64,000 nucleotides of DNA from Oikopleura dioica (Eukaryota; Animalia; Chordata), in NCBI GenBank assembly GCA_907165135.1, contig OU015567.1:7130001-7194000 (forward strand). Reading direction: 5' to 3'. Shown here in pieces: positions 62,866 through 64,000 of the stretch. Position 1 is the stretch's first letter, and each line of letters opens with the position of its first letter. The notes under the pieces were generated by a model. It was not told the DNA's origin. It ran no database searches and worked only from the letters and a program-made list of their open reading frames with translations. Position numbers and translations under genes: made by a program.

Positions 62866-63525
62866 TTCTTTAATCCTTGATTAAGTCTTACATAAACTTG
62901 AATAATCTTCAAATATGATGAGTATAGTTTTAATTAATCGAAAAAAGAACTTCCTTTCTACAACGGAATGTATGCTAATGGAATGCCTGCTATTCCAGAT
63001 GGCCAGGCACCAGCCCCAGAGTCTTATCAAGACATTCCAGCGCCAGACTACTCCAACAGCTGATGATGCTTGCCCTTCCCGCTGTTGATTTTCTAGCGCC
63101 CGCTCAAATAAACAAAGTGCTCGAGACAAAAATCGATTGCAAGCTAATCATTGACATTTATTTTTGACGAATATCACAAAGCATAAAAAGGGACTGTTAT
63201 AGCTTGAAAACATCAAAGGAAGTCGTAGCTAGCACCAGGGAATAAATTACATTAGGAGCAGGAAATAAGTTGATATGAATTCTTTCTGTGCCCGAGATAA
63301 AATAAAGTGAAAAGAAAAGCAATGAAGCTTGCTTATTTTTTTCGGAAGAAAAATGGAGAAGAGGACGAGCAGTTTTGAACTTTCGAGCAGTGAACTGTCG
63401 TAACACAGGAGGCTGTGTCGTATTCAAATAAATGTTAAAAATAGAAAATCATCTGTCGTTGGAAAAATATACAATCGGGTAATAGAAGTTCGATCAAGAA
63501 TCATCGCTGAACATGATTTTCATTT

Positions 63526-64000
63526 TCAGCCGGTCATGGACACTTTCTTGTTCTTTGTGTAGTCGACATAGAATGCCAACATTCGCTTGAGACGATCCAA
63601 TTCTTTCCTGAAAAGGGTCGTTATCTGGTCTTGAAAATGGGCTTTTGACGGCTGCGGTCTTCTGACATCATATTTACTTTCTCCTCAATGAGTTCATAAC
63701 GCACGCTCAAGGGCGATTTCAAACCGGAAAAGAGAGAATGATGTCAAAAGAGTCGGGAAACGCCAAAGAAAATTTAACTTACATATGAGTATCGAGGCGC
63801 ATCTTGAGCTTTGGATTTTCCTCTTCAAAGATTGAAATCTTCTTGAGTTTTTCTTCGATCATTTTTCGTTTCTTTACTCGTGATCGTTGCGCCGCTTCGT
63901 TGTTGATCTTTCGCTGAGCATTCATCTACGAAAGAAGTTAGGATTTGGTCAAGATAGAGATTACTTACTCTTTCTTCATATTCTAGCTGCGTTTGGATTG
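63526..64000 (-). CDS. bZIP transcription factor, 3' exons (PAR/NFIL3/CEBP-like basic region); 5' part outside the window
   Basis: Spliced ...EYEER|MNAQRKINNEAAQRSRVKKRKMIEEKLKKISIFEEENPKLKMRLDTH|MKELDRLKRML...MTG*. Confidence 0.75.

Noticed and set aside
1-64000. Prokaryotic systems (CRISPR arrays, bacterial operons, rRNA)
   Set aside because: The DNA is spliceosomal-intron-rich eukaryotic sequence. No regularly spaced repeat-spacer array or rRNA-like segment was seen.

Overview
Eukaryotic, gene-dense animal DNA. The ~40-50 nt introns, GA-AG/GC-AG splice sites, ~100 bp intergenic gaps and AG acceptors just before start codons suggest the larvacean tunicate Oikopleura or a close relative (inference). 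1-25 kb holds two divergent operon-like housekeeping clusters. Minus strand: CIAPIN1, a VPS10/SorCS-like receptor whose intron carries a 742-bp TTAA-flanked foldback element, CNOT10 and an orphan. Plus strand: an orphan, SSNA1, SMARCAD1, BAG1, BYSL, TAF2 and MPHOSPH10. 25-64 kb is accessory: an HxxxDG acyltransferase, a secreted Ala/Glu-rich protein, a 4-exon GFRa-like membrane protein that the ORF track only shows in fragments, hAT-type MITEs, an HDEL PDI-like protein, two intronless laccase-like oxidases (one split by a nested transposon), a 121-aa DEDDh nuclease, a small YFL-ending peptide precursor, a very large GTPase, a 4-TM protein and the 3' end of a bZIP gene. The most striking observation is that one laccase carries a transmembrane/cytoplasmic tail clearly similar to that of the VPS10 receptor 39 kb away. 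Exon models were built by eye. Family assignments rest on recalled motifs, not database searches.
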